Position numbers and translations under genes: made by a program
NCBI RefSeq assembly: GCF_009914755.1
Contig: NC_060928.1
Strand: one strand, 5' to 3'
Source: the human T2T-CHM13v2.0 reference genome, Homo sapiens
DNA length: 64,000 nt
Notes under the pieces: model-generated
Databases searched by the model: none
What the model saw: only the letters and a program-made list of their open reading frames with translations
What the model was told of the DNA's origin: nothing
Part shown: in pieces, positions 13,906 through 28,899 of the stretch
Layout: every line of letters starts with the position of its first letter
Numbering within the stretch: the stretch's first letter is position 1

Positions 13906-14599
13906 TATAATTAAAATTTAAATAGCTACATGTGGCTAGTGGCTACGGCATTGGACATCACAGCTCTAGAGTCTGCTTACCAATGCACCACAAAGCAGGT
14001 GCAAAATTCTGTACTTCCACTTGTCTCTTAGGTATGATGTAATGGAGGGAATTGGCAAGGCTCAGATTTATTTTGGAAGAGTACCACGTAAACAAGATAT
14101 ATCTTGTTGAGGCACCAATCTGTAAGGGGTGCTATTTCTTGTTCTACTACACTCTACTCTACACTCTGGAAACCCACTGAATAAAGCCAAATAATGCATT
14201 TCTAGTGCTAATCACCAATCACTTCTTTAAGTGGTGCTGATAAAACTCATGGTCAGTGCGAATAGGAAAGTCGCTGTGTTCTTTCTTTGTTTTGGGTCTA
14301 TGCCTACGTTTCATTCTCAGCTAAACCCCATGCCAATCCTTCTCCCATACTCATGCTTACTAGACAGAGTCAGTAACAGTTCTGACAAATCCAAGTGCTA
14401 TTATTTCTTTCTGACATTACACAACATCTTTCCTTTAAAGTACAGGACCACCTTGCATTGGCTATTGAGCTGTATTAACTATCTTCTAAAGCTTTAGCTA
14501 ACTGTTCTTTTATTATTTTATAAAGTTGTATAAATGCTGGTCACTCTGGCTCTTTTCCAGTATAAATGAATTCTATTTGTGCTATCTGTAAAACTTTCC

Positions 14600-15020
14600 C
14601 TCAGGGTCCTCCAAGAAGCAGATACCAGGATGAGATTAAACATATAAACTCTATTAGGGGAACATGCCTGTGTGAAGGAAATAGGAGAACCACCTGACCA
14701 CTATGCACGTCTAACCCAGAATGAAAGAGAGAGAGACAGAGAGAGAGAGAGAGACAGACAGACAGAGAGAGTGTGAGTGAATGTTGGGTGGAGTGCCACA
14801 CAGTTTTGGCAAAGCCACCAGGAAATCCTCAATACAAAGTTGGTCAAAAAAAAGTCCAGTGTTTCTCTGGAATGGGATCTGCCTTAGTATCAGTGCTACA
14901 GTCAGTCACTGGCTGGAGCAGCCTGTGAGAGGAGTAGCCTTGAAGCAAACCCTGGTACAGATTTCCAAGCTGGAGCCCTTGGTCCATTATGCTCTCTGGA
15001 ATAAGACGTGAGCAAAACAC
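14600..15020. mobile_element. Ancient LTR fragment with GA microsatellite
   Basis: ccaagaagcagata...gagatt motif typical of old ERVL/MaLR LTRs; (GA)n at 14726-14771. Confidence 0.4.
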
Positions 15021-16489
15021 ATGACTTGTACAATTCCTGCTTAAGTTATCATGGTTAGAAAAGAAAATGAAAGATAAAAGATGGGATGGCTAGAAAATAA
15101 AATATCTGAACAATACCTGGAAGACTTTCTTCTATTAGTCAGAATTGTCCCCACTTACTGCCTCAATGCTAATTCGAATTCTCTTCTATCAAATGTTTCC
15201 ATGGCTGCAGATTTAGGGCTAGAAACTTTCTTCTTGTCACCTCTCTGGGCTTTTGTAAGTCCCCTCTATCTGCTTCTAGTTGTTTACTTCCAGAATATGC
15301 CAAGGAGAAACATTTTCTTTTGCATTCCATTTGCCAGCTTGTTATGTATTTATGTATAGTTTTGGATTCTTTGAAAAGGTCTGATAAATAATACACTGCA
15401 TCCACATTCAGTTTCAGAATAAGTGAAGAACAGAAAGAAAAGGGTCAGTATATACAGGCCTCAAAAATGACCTTAATTACTAATAAAACTAGATAATTTG
15501 ACTTTGTCTCTGTATAAGTTGGCCCCCTGACGCTGTATCTAGAATTTGAAGGGCATCTATTCAGCTTCATTTGCACTAGAATAGGGCAGGAGTTTCCTGC
15601 TCCAAGTGTAGATTCTTCCCAAGCTGCAGAGGGTAGCATGTTTCCTGGAAGCTTCCATTCACAGTTACTCTCCCAAATTCACTGATCAGATTAAGTCTTT
15701 CTATGTATCTGGAACTAAATGAGAGGGGGAGGCAGAGAGAGGCCAGGAGTATTAAATTCACAGAAGGAAAGATCAATGGTGGGGAAGAGGCCTGACAGAT
15801 AAAATACCAAAATGACACGTGTCAGGGATACACAGGCTTGGAAGCCAATTATTCTGTACTTTACAGTTGTTCTCCGATGATTTCCAGAATTCTGAGTTCA
15901 ACTAATAGTTACATTTGTACACTACCTTCTCTTTGGATTCTTGAAAAATGTTTTTTCCCCACTTTTAGCTGAGAATTTTGGGTGAAAATCTTTTTGGAGA
16001 ACTCAGGAAAGCTTTGGATTCTCCCTTACCAAAAAATGTATGCAGACTCAATTTTTTTTTTTTTTTTTGCTTTAGTGACTAAAAACCAGAATGGATTTAT
16101 TTATTGATTCAAAACTCCAGCTCTCTTTTCTATACTATTTTCATTTTGCATGCACACACACACTCACACACACACACTGGACTTGAGCTTCTGAAAGCCC
16201 TTTCTTTCAATTCTGTTTTTCTTTAGTCACTTGAGTCAAGCCAAAATTACTATAATCCTGACTTTTGAACTTGGAGAGCTTATGTGAAATGGTCCATAAA
16301 CTCATTCTAAGAAAAGATTACTTAATGCCATTTCTGTATTACCGTGGAATTAAATCCCCTTTCTCAAACCCACTTCTACATTATCTTTCTTAGGTCAAAA
16401 TCTCAAATTGAATTTTATGGATTTGGGGAAAGAATTTTAGTGATTGAGCCATGCTATACTGTGAAGTAGTACAATTAAAGTAGTATTGG

Positions 16490-16750
16490 GTGAGAACTTT
16501 GGCAATGGAGTAAAACAGAGCTGTACTTAAATCCTAGCTCTATGACCTTATAAAAATTACAAGGTCAATTTTACAAAAAACCTCAGATCTGTCTGAGATT
16601 TACATTCCCCATAAAATAAGGACAATAATAGTACTTTCGTCACAGGGCTATGGTGAGGATGAAAGGTGATGATGTATTTAAAGCATTTAGTATAGTGCCT
16701 GGCACATAATGAACTGGTGATAAAAATCAGTGATTCTTGCTGTTACTATT
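16490..16750 (+). mobile_element. MIR
   Basis: aatcctagctct; ataatagtac; gtgcctggcacata. Confidence 0.75.
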
Positions 16751-17794
16751 ATTTTTACTCAACTTGCATTAACAGCATTTACTGCAATAGCTGACATGGA
16801 ATTAATGCCTAAGAAATATTTACTAAATGAAGACTAGGGCAAATTTAGTCACCTTGGTCTTCTCATACCCAAGAGTAGTAGACCTTATCATATTGTATGC
16901 CACTGTATGATGGAAATCAAAATGGACTTAGCACCCTTTAGTTCTTCTGTGACCAGCAGAACCTGTCTGAAAACATAATAAGTAATGTAGTATCTCCAGC
17001 TATTATCCTCTTAGGAAAATATTTGTCAAATTTATATTTATTCAGAATTTTTTCTCTAGGATAATCAAAATGTTTCTACTTAGCGAACATACTCACCAAG
17101 AGCTCCATGACAGAGATGTTTCTCAGTCTGTCTATTTAAACAGACTCTTTTCAAAAATTGGTGCAATTCTTTAGAATAAAAAATCAGACTAAGTTAAAAT
17201 TATAGACAGGTACAAATAACCTATCCCAAACCATTTGTTCTTTTTGTCTTTTTACAAATATACATAGATAGGCAGGCATATGGATAGATACAGATATTGA
17301 TGTTTTGAGATTAACTTTTGCTATTCCATAGATTCTAGATAGTTTTCACCAAACCCCTCACTTCAGTGCCTCACCAGAAGTTTTCATATCAGGAAATACG
17401 GGTTATACAAGTGTTTGTTTTATAAAAAGAGCTTCATTGCTTTAGTGTCCTCTCTCACACGATTTCTCTCATCTGTCTTGCTGGGCAGATAGAATCTTAT
17501 GAGGATGTCAGCTTGCCAAATAATTAAGATTCTTTTCAGTAATATAGGACTCAAATCAAAAACATTCCTGGAGACCAGTACATTTACAAATATTATTGCT
17601 TATACAGATGTGTGGTGGAATGGAATAAAATGTTAGGTATGACAACAACGAATTATAGAAATATGAGGCTGCCTTCAGGCACATGAATATATACATGAGG
17701 GCAGAAATATTTTGGTGGGAATTATTACTAAGGATGTGAGATCTTTGAAACAATATTTGGAATCAGAGGCGTCCAAGTTAAAATGAAGGAAGCT

Positions 17795-18840
17795 AGTCAA
17801 TGAATGTTTCTTGAGCACAAATTATGTACCAGCTGCTGGTCTAGGCACAGAGAACATAGACATGAATGATCCAGACACAGTCCCAGCCTAGGTTTACAGT
17901 CAAATGCAGAAGATAGACATTAAGCCAATAATGAAAGAGTTCAGAAGAAACTAGGGCTTTGAAGAAGTGCGAGGTCCTGTAAAATCTGGGGTAAATGTAG
18001 TGTGGAGGAGAAGATAGATCTTACCTAGCATGGGAGGTTAAAGAAGGTCTCACTCTAGAGAAAATGTTGTTTAAAGCAACACTTAAGGCTGTCTTAACTA
18101 GGAGAAGAGGAGGGAAGTTGCTCTGTTAGAAAAAGGGAACATCATGGACAAAGGTCCATACAAAGAGTTGAGAGAATCCCATTGCATTATTTTCCTGTGG
18201 CTGCTGTAACAAACTACAGCAAACTGGGTGGTTTAAAACAACAGAAATTTATTGCCTCACAGTTTTGAAGGCTAGAGGTCCGAGATCAAGGTGTCAGCTG
18301 GGTTTGCTCCTCCTGAGGGCTATGAGGAAGAATGTTTCATGCCTCTCCCCTAGCTTCTGGTGATTTGCTGGCAATCCTTGGTCCCTTTGGCTTGTAGAAA
18401 CATCATCCCCATCTCTGCCTGCATCCTCACATGGCATCCTCCTTGTATGAGCCTAGGTCTAAGTTCCCCTTTTCATAAGGACACTAGTGAATTAAGGGCT
18501 CACTCTACTCTAGAAGGACCTCATCTTAGCAAATGACATCTGACATAGCTCTATTTCCAAATAAGGTCACATTCTGAGGAGTCAGAACTTCAACATGTGA
18601 CATTTTGGGCAGACATGCCTAGCCTGGAGAGAGGAGTGGGGATAATGGTTTGACGTGATCTCAGAAAGGCAATTAGGGTTCAAGCACATAATACACTTTA
18701 GGTGAACTTAGCATTTTGTACATTTTTTCTAAGGGCCATGGCAAACCATTTATGAATTTTAAGCAGGGGAGTGGAAATGATCATATTTGTGATTTTAAAT
18801 GATTGCCCTGGCTTCAATGTGGGAGATGGATTAGTAGGTG
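17795..18840 (-). mobile_element. L2 fragment interrupted by MLT1
   Basis: Antisense L2 3' end; ttttaagcaggggagtg motif on the far side of the MLT1. Confidence 0.65.
18183..18620 (-). mobile_element. MLT1 (MaLR) LTR
   Basis: ggctgctgtaacaaa...aaaacaacagaaatttatt; tttccaaataaggtcacattctgagg. Confidence 0.85.
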
Positions 18841-19249
18841 GTACAACATATTGGATCTCTCCACTTTCATTTTTGGCATCTCTTTAGTTCTTCCTGTAGA
18901 TATCAGCTCTCCCTACCCCATGTTCATAGAGGCCATTTAGCTGGCCTTTGAGAGCTCCAGATCTCTTTCTTGTACAAAATTCTGTCTTGGGAAATTTTCT
19001 ATGCTTCTGAATCCATTTGTCATCCATAATGTATTTTTCTCCTTTAGACATCGAAGTTTAAATTTGCACAAAGAATTCATTTTAGTCAAATAACTCTTGA
19101 TGTTTTCAGATTACTGAGACTTTACATTAGGCTTCAACTGAAAAAATTGCTAATAAAATGTTGAATAATTAGTAACGAGACAACTTGTGCATGACTGTAA
19201 AATTTCTGTAAACTCAAGTATTTAAGTTTGGGCTTTTACAAAATGATGA

Positions 19250-19577
<328 letters not shown>

Positions 19578-20897
19578 GATGACAGCATTTTTTACGTTCA
19601 TGTTGAGAAATGACTTACATAAGCAAGAGCAATGTTGAGTCAACTTAAGTTGATTCTCCCAGAGCTCCTTCTGGCTGTCCCATGTGAGCTGCAGGATTTC
19701 AGGTTTCAAACCTCACTCAACTGCAAGCCCTCCCTGGCTGCTTTATGCTGATCGGCAGAAAACTACTTTAAGTGATCTAATCTTCTCATAGGATTATGTC
19801 TGAGGATAATGAAACTTTACTAAATGCCTGTGGGAATTTGAAGATAGCCTTTATAATGAAGGTAATCTATTGTCATACTGCATGATAGTGAAGTAGAGGT
19901 ATATTGAAAGTGATTAACAGAACAATTAAAAGATATAATGATGGGGCCTGTAAGTCTGAGATGCTGAGAAAAAGAAGAAAAGGTTATCATTTAAAAATTG
20001 ATCTTAAGCCTTAACATGGGCTTCTGTGATCATCACTGGCAGAATAGCAAGGTTTAATCTCTTTGTTTCAGTCGTAAGGCAAAACTTCTGTTTCTTCCAT
20101 TTATGAACAGTCAGAACTGGCACATACTTCAGAGGTAGTTTGTGTAGGACCTTCTGTATAGGGTTCATGCTGAGCTAATGTAACTAAAGCCGTTTGAATA
20201 AGAAAGAAGTATTTTTTCTTCTCTTCATGTAAAAGTCCAGAATTAAGTAGTGGAGGGCTGATGGGCATCTCTGTTCAGCGATGTCTGTCAGGATCCTGTG
20301 CTCGTGGGGGGCTCTGATATCCTCAACACCAGGCTCTCATTCCTGGGTATAGGTGGTGGCTCCAGTTATGGCCATTTCCCAGCCAGTGGACAGGGGAGAG
20401 TCCAAGTCAAGTGGCTTTGTCTTTAAGGAAATGAAATAAAAATTACAATATCATTCTTGCTAGCCCATGGCCACTCTTAGCTATGAGGAAGGCTGGAAAG
20501 ATAGTCTCTAGCTGGGCATTCTTATGCCTAAGTAACATTTGAAGGTTTTGTTACTAAAAGAAATACTGGGGCAATTAACTGTTTGTATCACACTCTTATT
20601 CTCTGAGGAAGAAATTCAGACCCAGAGAGGGTAAATGAGTAGTCAAAAGTCCCACCGCTGTAGAAACTCTGATCTCCAGACTCCCAGAAGGAGACAAACT
20701 TTTCTAAGTAGCTGTGGGAACTACCCCTTGTCCTGTTACTTCCACACCACTGGTATTAAGAAGAACTGTGCCAAAGGTCAAGAGTTTGTCTTTGAAATGG
20801 CAAGTTTGTCAGTTGGTTTCCAGGGATTTTCAGGAGTTAATTAATTGTAAGCATTTGTCCAATACCGCCCCAAAATCTAAGTTGCTTGTCAGATTAG

Positions 20898-21305
<408 letters not shown>

Positions 21306-21682
21306 ATGTTTGCTTCTTTTACAAATTTTCAAATTGAAAATCCAGCTTCCTGAGTAAACCTGTCACTGTTTCCCCTTGTTAGCATTTTCACATGTTGTCT
21401 TCCATTCTGAGATTATCATAGTTTGCTGAGATACACAAAGTAGCACATAAGATGACATAGAATGTAACCATTCTATTTCTATTTTTAAAAAAGCCTTAAT
21501 TTCTACTTGTATAAGTACCTTCCTCACCATTTTATTGAGAGAAAAATGGATCAAACAAGCTGAAAAGGCAAGTAGATTTTGTTTCAGTGTGGAAACAAAG
21601 AATTAGATTTCATTCTTTTTTTTTACATGTTTTAAAAGTAATAGTTTTCAGAAGACCTAATTGATCGTTGTTTTATTTTTAG

Positions 21683-21766
21683 AATCATGTTGCCTTTGAG
21701 GAGTTCTTGACCAAACTTAAAAAATCTGTGGGCAGTGGCACTTCAAGCTTTCTGGGGCCTTTTCAG
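21683..21766 (+). other. Candidate 84-nt exon
   Basis: Branch-like ctaat, ttttatttttag acceptor, CAG|gtaata donor; open in phase 0 (NHVAFEEFLTKLKKSVGSGTSSFLGPFQ). Confidence 0.35.
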
Positions 21767-23649
21767 GTAATAGGATCTCAGTGTTCTGTTTCCTCTTGAT
21801 CATTCCAGGGCAAGATTGCTGCTTCTTTTCAGCATAGCAACGTTTTAGTTCCAAAGAGTATATCTGTCTCACTTAGGTACTGGTGAACCCCTGGGGTTGT
21901 ATTTTTCTGAGATGAAGATAGTTTAATACAATCTCCTTATACAACTATTCTAGATGTGTTTGTGGCTAAACATTAAGTCTTTTAAAAAGCCTTCAGGAAA
22001 ATATGTGTTTGTCAGTAGAGCATTTGTTTTCTTGTAGGAAAGGTAGTTTTTCTTACCTTTCTCTTAAGTTTCTTAAAAATACTTAAATACACTCATAGTC
22101 TGTTAAGTCTAAGAATAATGTACAACGGGGAAATGGGGACGGTGGGACTCACAATAATACTCAGATTATTCCATCCACAAATTCAAACACTGGACATTTT
22201 AGTTTTTTATCTTGGTTCTTTTTGACTTAAGAGAACTTTATCTTGTATATCTGCCACTCTTCCAAAACTTTAATTTTCTACCCTTTCTTCTCTCATCTGT
22301 ACACTTCTGATTACATACTCCCTTCTTCAGACCTAGACTTATCATGGTGGTTGCTCTCTATTTCAATAGGAACCACATAGAAACTCACGGGGTGTCAGGA
22401 AGCTGGCAAGTAGAAAGGCTCTGCTAGCTGAGTTTACCCAGGACCTGTATCCAAACTCTGCCCATGTTTTTAACCTCTGATTTATAGACTCTCCTGTTTG
22501 CTATGACCCCTCACATGCTCTGAACTGAGTTTTGACCTTCTATAGGTCTCTGACTATTAGAATTAATGCATGCTTTCACTGTCAATGGCTCACAAGGCTC
22601 TCCTTCCCAAGTCTGACCCACTTCTCTGTCCACTCCCCATCCTTAGTGTGGCCTCAGTTGTCCTAAAGATCTTATGTCCATGACCAATATTATTTCCTCT
22701 TTTGAAGATTATGAACAAGAGCTATGCAATATCAGGAATTTATACAATTCAGATAATGTATAATAATGTTTGTTTCAATTAAAATGACAAAAAATTGAGT
22801 CAATATAGCTAATTATATGCATGATGTTTATTGTGTTAAGATTTATTGGACTATGAATTACATTTTAATAGTAAACTACCCATTTAAATGAAAATGATAA
22901 AATTTCTATGTAGTAAAGCTAAGTAGGTTAATTGGGAAAGTGGTTCAGAGATGGCAGAACCAAAGTCTGTATGTATCTTTACGCTTCTTTTCTCCTGATA
23001 ATTTCTTCTTCCTTGAATCCCAAGATATTACTTAAGTAGAGTTTTTGCCCAAACTCAAGTCTTTACTTTGAAAACTCCATAAGACAAGACAAAAAACCAT
23101 TATGGATCTGTTCTAAATTTCCAAAAGCTGGGGTGGGCAAACAAGTTAGTTGAGGTTTAGAATATCTAGATTTCGACTGTGCTCAATTTAGTTTTCCAAG
23201 AAATAGAGAATGGTCACTATAGGGAAACTCATGCAGATCATTAGAAGGCTAAGGTGGCAGCCGATAGCAAAGGAGATAAAGGAAGCTACTTGCTAATTGG
23301 AATAGCTTTTTAAAAAATCTATTTTTTAAAATAGTATTTCTCCTTTCATTATATTCCAATTTATTATAGAAAAATTGGAAAATGCAAAACAAAAAAGAAA
23401 AATGTCAGCCGGTGACCACTACTGTCATAGTGGACTTTAGCCTTAAGGAGTAACTAAAGAGGAGGTGACAGTCACAGGGAAAAAAAGATGCAACCCAAAG
23501 TGGCAGGCACAAAAATAGCCATTTCCACAACATTATAATATTATCACTTAATCAGATTCTTTCCTAAAACCAGCCTTTGAGGAAAGTGTGGTGTGGTTGA
23601 GTGAAGAGGTAATTTTGGTTCTTAAACAGGGTGTAGGATTAGGGTTTTC

Positions 23650-23935
23650 TTGTTTGTTTGTTTGTTTTGAGACAGTCTCCCTCTATCGCCCAGGCTGGAG
23701 CACAGTGGTGCCATCACAGCTCACTATATAACCTCAGTCTCCCTGGTTCCAAGCAATCCTCCCACCTCAGTCTCCCCAGTAGCTGGGACTACAGCTGGGA
23801 CACCATACCCAGCTAATTTTTAAAATGATTTTGCCATGTTGGCCAGGTTGATCTCAAACTCCTGGGCTCAAGCAATCCACCTGTCTCAGCCTCCCAAAGT
23901 GCTGGGATTACAGGCATGAGCCACTGTGCCTGGTG
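23650..23935 (-). mobile_element. AluJ-like element with internal deletion
   Basis: Antisense Alu lacking the gtagagacgggg segment. Confidence 0.9.
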
Positions 23936-24290
23936 GATTATGGCACCAAAGAAGGGGAGCCCAGAGACTGGAAACAGTGAAAACAAACTCCCTCTACTTA
24001 GAAAGTACTTTACTTAGAAATGTTGCTTATTGCAGCCTTGCCCACTCTCCTTTGACACATTTCAAGTCTGTTCTCATACTTCCCTCTCTTTCCAGTACTC
24101 TCATCAATTTTCCCACACCCCTAGCTGTCACCGGAATAATAATAATGACGACAATACCAAAAGCAACTAACATTTAGATAGCACATTACAGCTTACAAAT
24201 GCTTTCAAGTATATCTCATTTAATATTTGTATTAACATTTATTCATTTAACCAAAATTTAATGATTTCTGGCTAATTTTCAAGTGAACAA

Positions 24291-24343
24291 AACAAGCCTA
24301 GTGAATTAGGTATTACAGAACAAGCCTAGTGAATTAGGTATTA
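24291..24343. repeat. 25-bp perfect direct duplication inside an antisense MIR
   Basis: aacaagcctagtgaattaggtatta at 24291 and 24319. Confidence 0.95.
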
Positions 24344-25399
24344 ATAGTCCTCCTTCTACAAATGAGGAAACAGTGTTTAGGAAGTTCAGGAAACTTTCCC
24401 AAGAGGACACAGCTTTTATTTGAATCCTGTATTCAGCTCCAGGATTGCTTATTGTAAGTAACATTTTTTTCTTTTTCATGGTTCCTTGAATAGTGAGCTA
24501 AACGGTCAGTGAACTGAGTTTCTGTGACCTGAATCCTTAGTACTCTATAATAATAATTTGTTTCTAATGGAATTTTAAGCCCTGGAGTTTGTTTGGACCT
24601 AATTTTTAGGGGATACCATGTCCTCAATTCTTTCATATAAATATCTTATGCTGAGAGACAAACACTGGAGGATTTCTTTGATTCAGGCATAATATTTTGC
24701 TGCATAAAATCCAAGCGGCTTTCCTAAGATTCATGGAAAAATAGTAAGATATCCTGTACCAACTAGCACACATTGATTCTTTACTTTTTATTTTTTGACA
24801 TACTAAATCTAAACTTCATTAGAGTAAGACTTTTGTGTGTTTTCTTCAGGACTGTATTCCAAGCATCTAGCTAGTGCCTGATCCATAATATATGTTTGAA
24901 ATATGTTTAATTCTTGAGCGAATTAAAGCACATTGTTGGTGTGAATGTAAAGTTGAATGGAAACTGTTTTATATACATCATTCATTCAATAAATTCAGTA
25001 CATGGCCAGGCACTGTGCTAGGAACTGAGGGTAAAACGTAGGTTATATCCTAGTCAAATAATTTTGTAAGTCAGGACTTACAAACTGAAAGTTATGGAAA
25101 TCCAGTAAGCTTTAAAAATCAAAACCAAAAATGAAATGCAGTGGCTCAGATAACTGGAAAGTTCCAGGGAGAAATGCGGCTTCAGGCATGGCTTACCCAG
25201 GGGGTTCATGTGCTATAGGAGGCATCTGCTTCCTTTTTACTTCTCTGTTCTGCTTTCCTTTGTGTCACCTTTATTTTTAGGCTGGCTACCCTTAAGGGGA
25301 AGCAAGGCAGGTATATTCCTGGCATACTTTTAGCTGGTGTTTGCAGCTTCTTTCTAGAGAGTTGTTCTAATATATAGATGAGAAATGATAATGAATAGA

Positions 25400-26200
25400 A
25401 TTAGGATAGTTCAATGGGAATGACAAAAAGTGAACTAATTTGAGCAATGTTTTCAAAGTAGAACTGATTCAATATAGAGGAAGAGGGAGAAGAAAGAGTC
25501 AAAGATTACTCCCAATTTTTTGGACAGGGAAACTAGTGAATATTCATGCCATTTACTGGTATTGAGTACTACACTGAAGTTGGGACAAATATTTTGAAAA
25601 AGATAAGTTTAGTTTTGGATGTGTTGAGTTTGAGGTTTTCATTATATTTAAAAAGATGTGGGCATTTTGATCTAAAAACTGAAAGAAATCTAGCTGGAGA
25701 CATACTTGGAAGCCATTAATTAGCATGACGATAGCAATTGATGCCATGTGAGTAGATGAGATTATGTAGGAAGAGTTCGTAAAGTGTGAACATAAAAGAT
25801 CTTACTGCAGAACCTTGAAGAACACTTATGATAAGGGATGGATAAAAGAGAAGAAGTTCGCAAAGGACACTGAATAGTAACCAGAAACTTACAATGAGGT
25901 GTCATGGAGGTTATGGGAGAAAGTATTGAGAAGGGCAGCAATACCAATATTATCAAATGTAGTTGAGAATTAAGAAAGATAAGGACTAAGATATATTGGA
26001 AATGGGGTGGAGGCCACTCGTGATGTTATCAAGGCCACTTTAGTTGAATGGTGGGGGTGGAAACCAGATGGCAGTGGTTAGAGGTATAGTCAGAATTGAA
26101 GAACCAAGTAGAAAACTTCCAGTAGATTTTTCTATAAAAGAGAGGCAAAAAACAGGGTAATAATTGGTATGACACAAGGGATTGAGGAGGGACTTTTGTT
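25400..26200 (-). mobile_element. L2 fragment
   Basis: agtttagttttggatgtgttgagtttgagg and ggggtggaaaccaga L2 motifs. Confidence 0.65.
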
Positions 26201-26537
26201 TTTAACTGGGAGAGGTTGAAGAATAGTTGAAGCTGTCTTTTCCAGCTTTTAGAGGACATTCACATTCCTTGGCTCATGGTCCCTTTTCTCCATCTTCAAA
26301 GCCAGTAACATTGCCTCTCCCCTGCTTCCTTCTTCCACTTTTAAGGACAATATATTTACAAGTTTTCTACTTGTTTCCTCAATTCTGACTACACCTCTAA
26401 CCACTACCATCTGGTTTCCACCCCCACCATTCAACTGAAGTGGTCTTGATAACATCACAAGTGACCTCCACCCCATTTCCAATATATAGTAGTCCTTATC
26501 TTTCTTAAATTCTCAACTACATTTGATAATCATATTG
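25945..26537. repeat. ~175-bp inverted repeat (25945-26118 and 26360-26537)
   Basis: Manual alignment: about 11 differences over the ~170-bp core. Confidence 0.95.
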
Positions 26538-26700
26538 TAATCATATTGGACCCACCCAGATAAACCAAAATAATTTCGCTATTTTAAGGTCAGCTGATTC
26601 ACAACCTTAATTCCTTTTGCCATGTAACTCAATATATTTACAAGTTTCCATGATTAGAATGTGGACATCTTTGGGAGGCCATTTGTATGACTGCCATAGC
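26229..26700 (-). mobile_element. MLT1C/D-like LTR fragment carrying a templated insertion
   Basis: cattccttggctcatgg; ccacttttaaggac; ttttaaggtcagctgatt; gattagaatgtggacatctttggg. Confidence 0.75.
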
Positions 26701-28899
26701 AGACCAAACTAACTGATGAATTTTAGGAATCTGACACAGAACAGAAAAAGGTACTGGAGATGTTTAAGACAAATCTGAAACTAAGGAGAAATTTTATACA
26801 TAAGCAAAGGAAAACTTATTTATATGTGACTTAAAGTAGAAATGGTTTTATTTTGTTTTTATAAGTTCTACATATCTCATTAATATTAGCCAGATGCCTA
26901 TAACCTTATGTTTTAGGTCAAAAACTTCATAAGCATGAGGTTTGATTAAAAGTCCATTTGATAGCCTGTGTGGTTAGAAAACCAAATAAGTGCATTACAT
27001 ATGATTAAATGTAAGCCTAAACTGAATTTGGAAGTGCATCTTAACATGATAAATGTAATCAGGAAACACAGAAAGGCAATAATTATTGATTTATATGGAA
27101 TAAATTGAACATAATTTCATTATTGGAGAAAACTTTGGAAAGAAAATAGAATAATGGATGGAAAAATACCTAAATAACTAAAATTATTCTTACATAATTT
27201 TAGTTTTTCAAGAATAATTACTTGATTAATCATATAACTATGATCAAATAGGGTAGATTGAAGAACTATTTACAAGGGGTACCCTTGTGTTGAAAATAAA
27301 AACATCTCCATCTGTCTATAGCTAAAGAGAAATATAATCTAGGATTCTGTCAGATAGAGGTTATCTATGTTGCTTTCAAATAAATTACATTGACATATCA
27401 CTGTTGTTCCATGTTAGTTTTCCTGGTATTCCTGGTGAACAGAGGTACCAGTGAATCTCAACCTGTCTTCCACAGTAAGCACTCATGATAAATGATGGCA
27501 TTCATATATGCAATACACATAAATGAAATTTAAGCTAATTCCCTGAGCAGTATTTCTGATGCTATCTTTTTGTCTCTTACTGAAGGTAATATAACTGATA
27601 GTTTGAGAATTAAATTCTTGTTATTATAGACATAATACAAGGGCCTACTAGCTTCTTATATTTGGCTGCCTTTCAATGCCCAAATTATTATCATCTGGGT
27701 CTTTATCATATGTGAAGTCACACAGTGCAGACTCCTTCATGAGTCCTGGGAATCCACAGATAGAACTTACCGTCATCTGGCTGTGGCTTTGCCCAGCTTC
27801 CCCACCATTTTTCCCACCCCTGCTATCTCATAACTACTCTCCATGCAGTGCAATATTGCTTGGCACATAGTACAAGTTCATTAAAAACCTGTTGAATAAA
27901 CAAAGTTTATGGAAACATAAGGTAATTACAATGCAGAAAAGTAGAAATCCTATTCCTAAAATCTATCAGTCATTCCTCAGCCCTCAACTAAATTTCTAGG
28001 ATTTATTCACTTTTCTTACTGAGAAAACCTCATTTTAACTTTATTCTTGCTGTCCAAGAGAAACCAAACCAGTTAACCCCATGATAATCTTTCAGAAATG
28101 CTGCCGTGACCACAGAAAATAGCCTTTTACATTGCTTTTTGGAGTAGTTAGATTTCTTTTATTACAAATTCAGCATTTCAGAACAGAATCTTCTATTACC
28201 TTTGCATAAGCAGAGGCTCATGAAAATGTTTACTCTAAAAGCCCAACTCCTATCCAAAAGGTGATAGAAAATTTATTTTTAGCAACACAAAATACCAATA
28301 AAGCTTTGATGTTCCAGGTTGTTTTTTTCTTAAACATTCAAAGAATCCAGATCAATATTTCCCCATTTCCTCCTTGCATATACACAGCAATTTGAAAGTG
28401 GTAAGCATTTTACAATCATTGATAAATCTGGCATTAGGAGAAGGCAAGGAGAAAATTTGTCTTGGTTTTTAGACTTATAGGGATCATGCCTTCCTCCCAT
28501 TGTACACATGTAAAGATGATTTTGAATCTCCTCTATTTCTTTTTTTCAAAATAAGTCATATGCAAACTGCCCTGTGATCATTATTATTAGTAACATGTTA
28601 CTAGTGACCTTTCCTCATACCAGTGTGTTGTAATAATTCAGCTGAGAGCACAAAGCAATAATTTATACCCAAGGGTCTTCATTCTCTTAGCTTTGTTTTC
28701 AAATTTTCACATGGTATGAATGAAGTCTTTTCCAAAAATTGTAATTTACAGATTTGGAATATAAAGATGTATGTGTATAATTGAAGCAATGACAACTCTA
28801 TATCACAAATGTAGAAAATATAGACAATATAGCATGGTAGTCAAGAGGACAGGTAGCACTTCAAACTAACTAAAACCCCCAGAGGCCCCATGACAATAA

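Noticed and set aside
14010-14037. Recursive-splice-like ctcttag|gtatga motif (similar at ~900-915)
   Set aside because: Weak donor; unsupported without nascent RNA data
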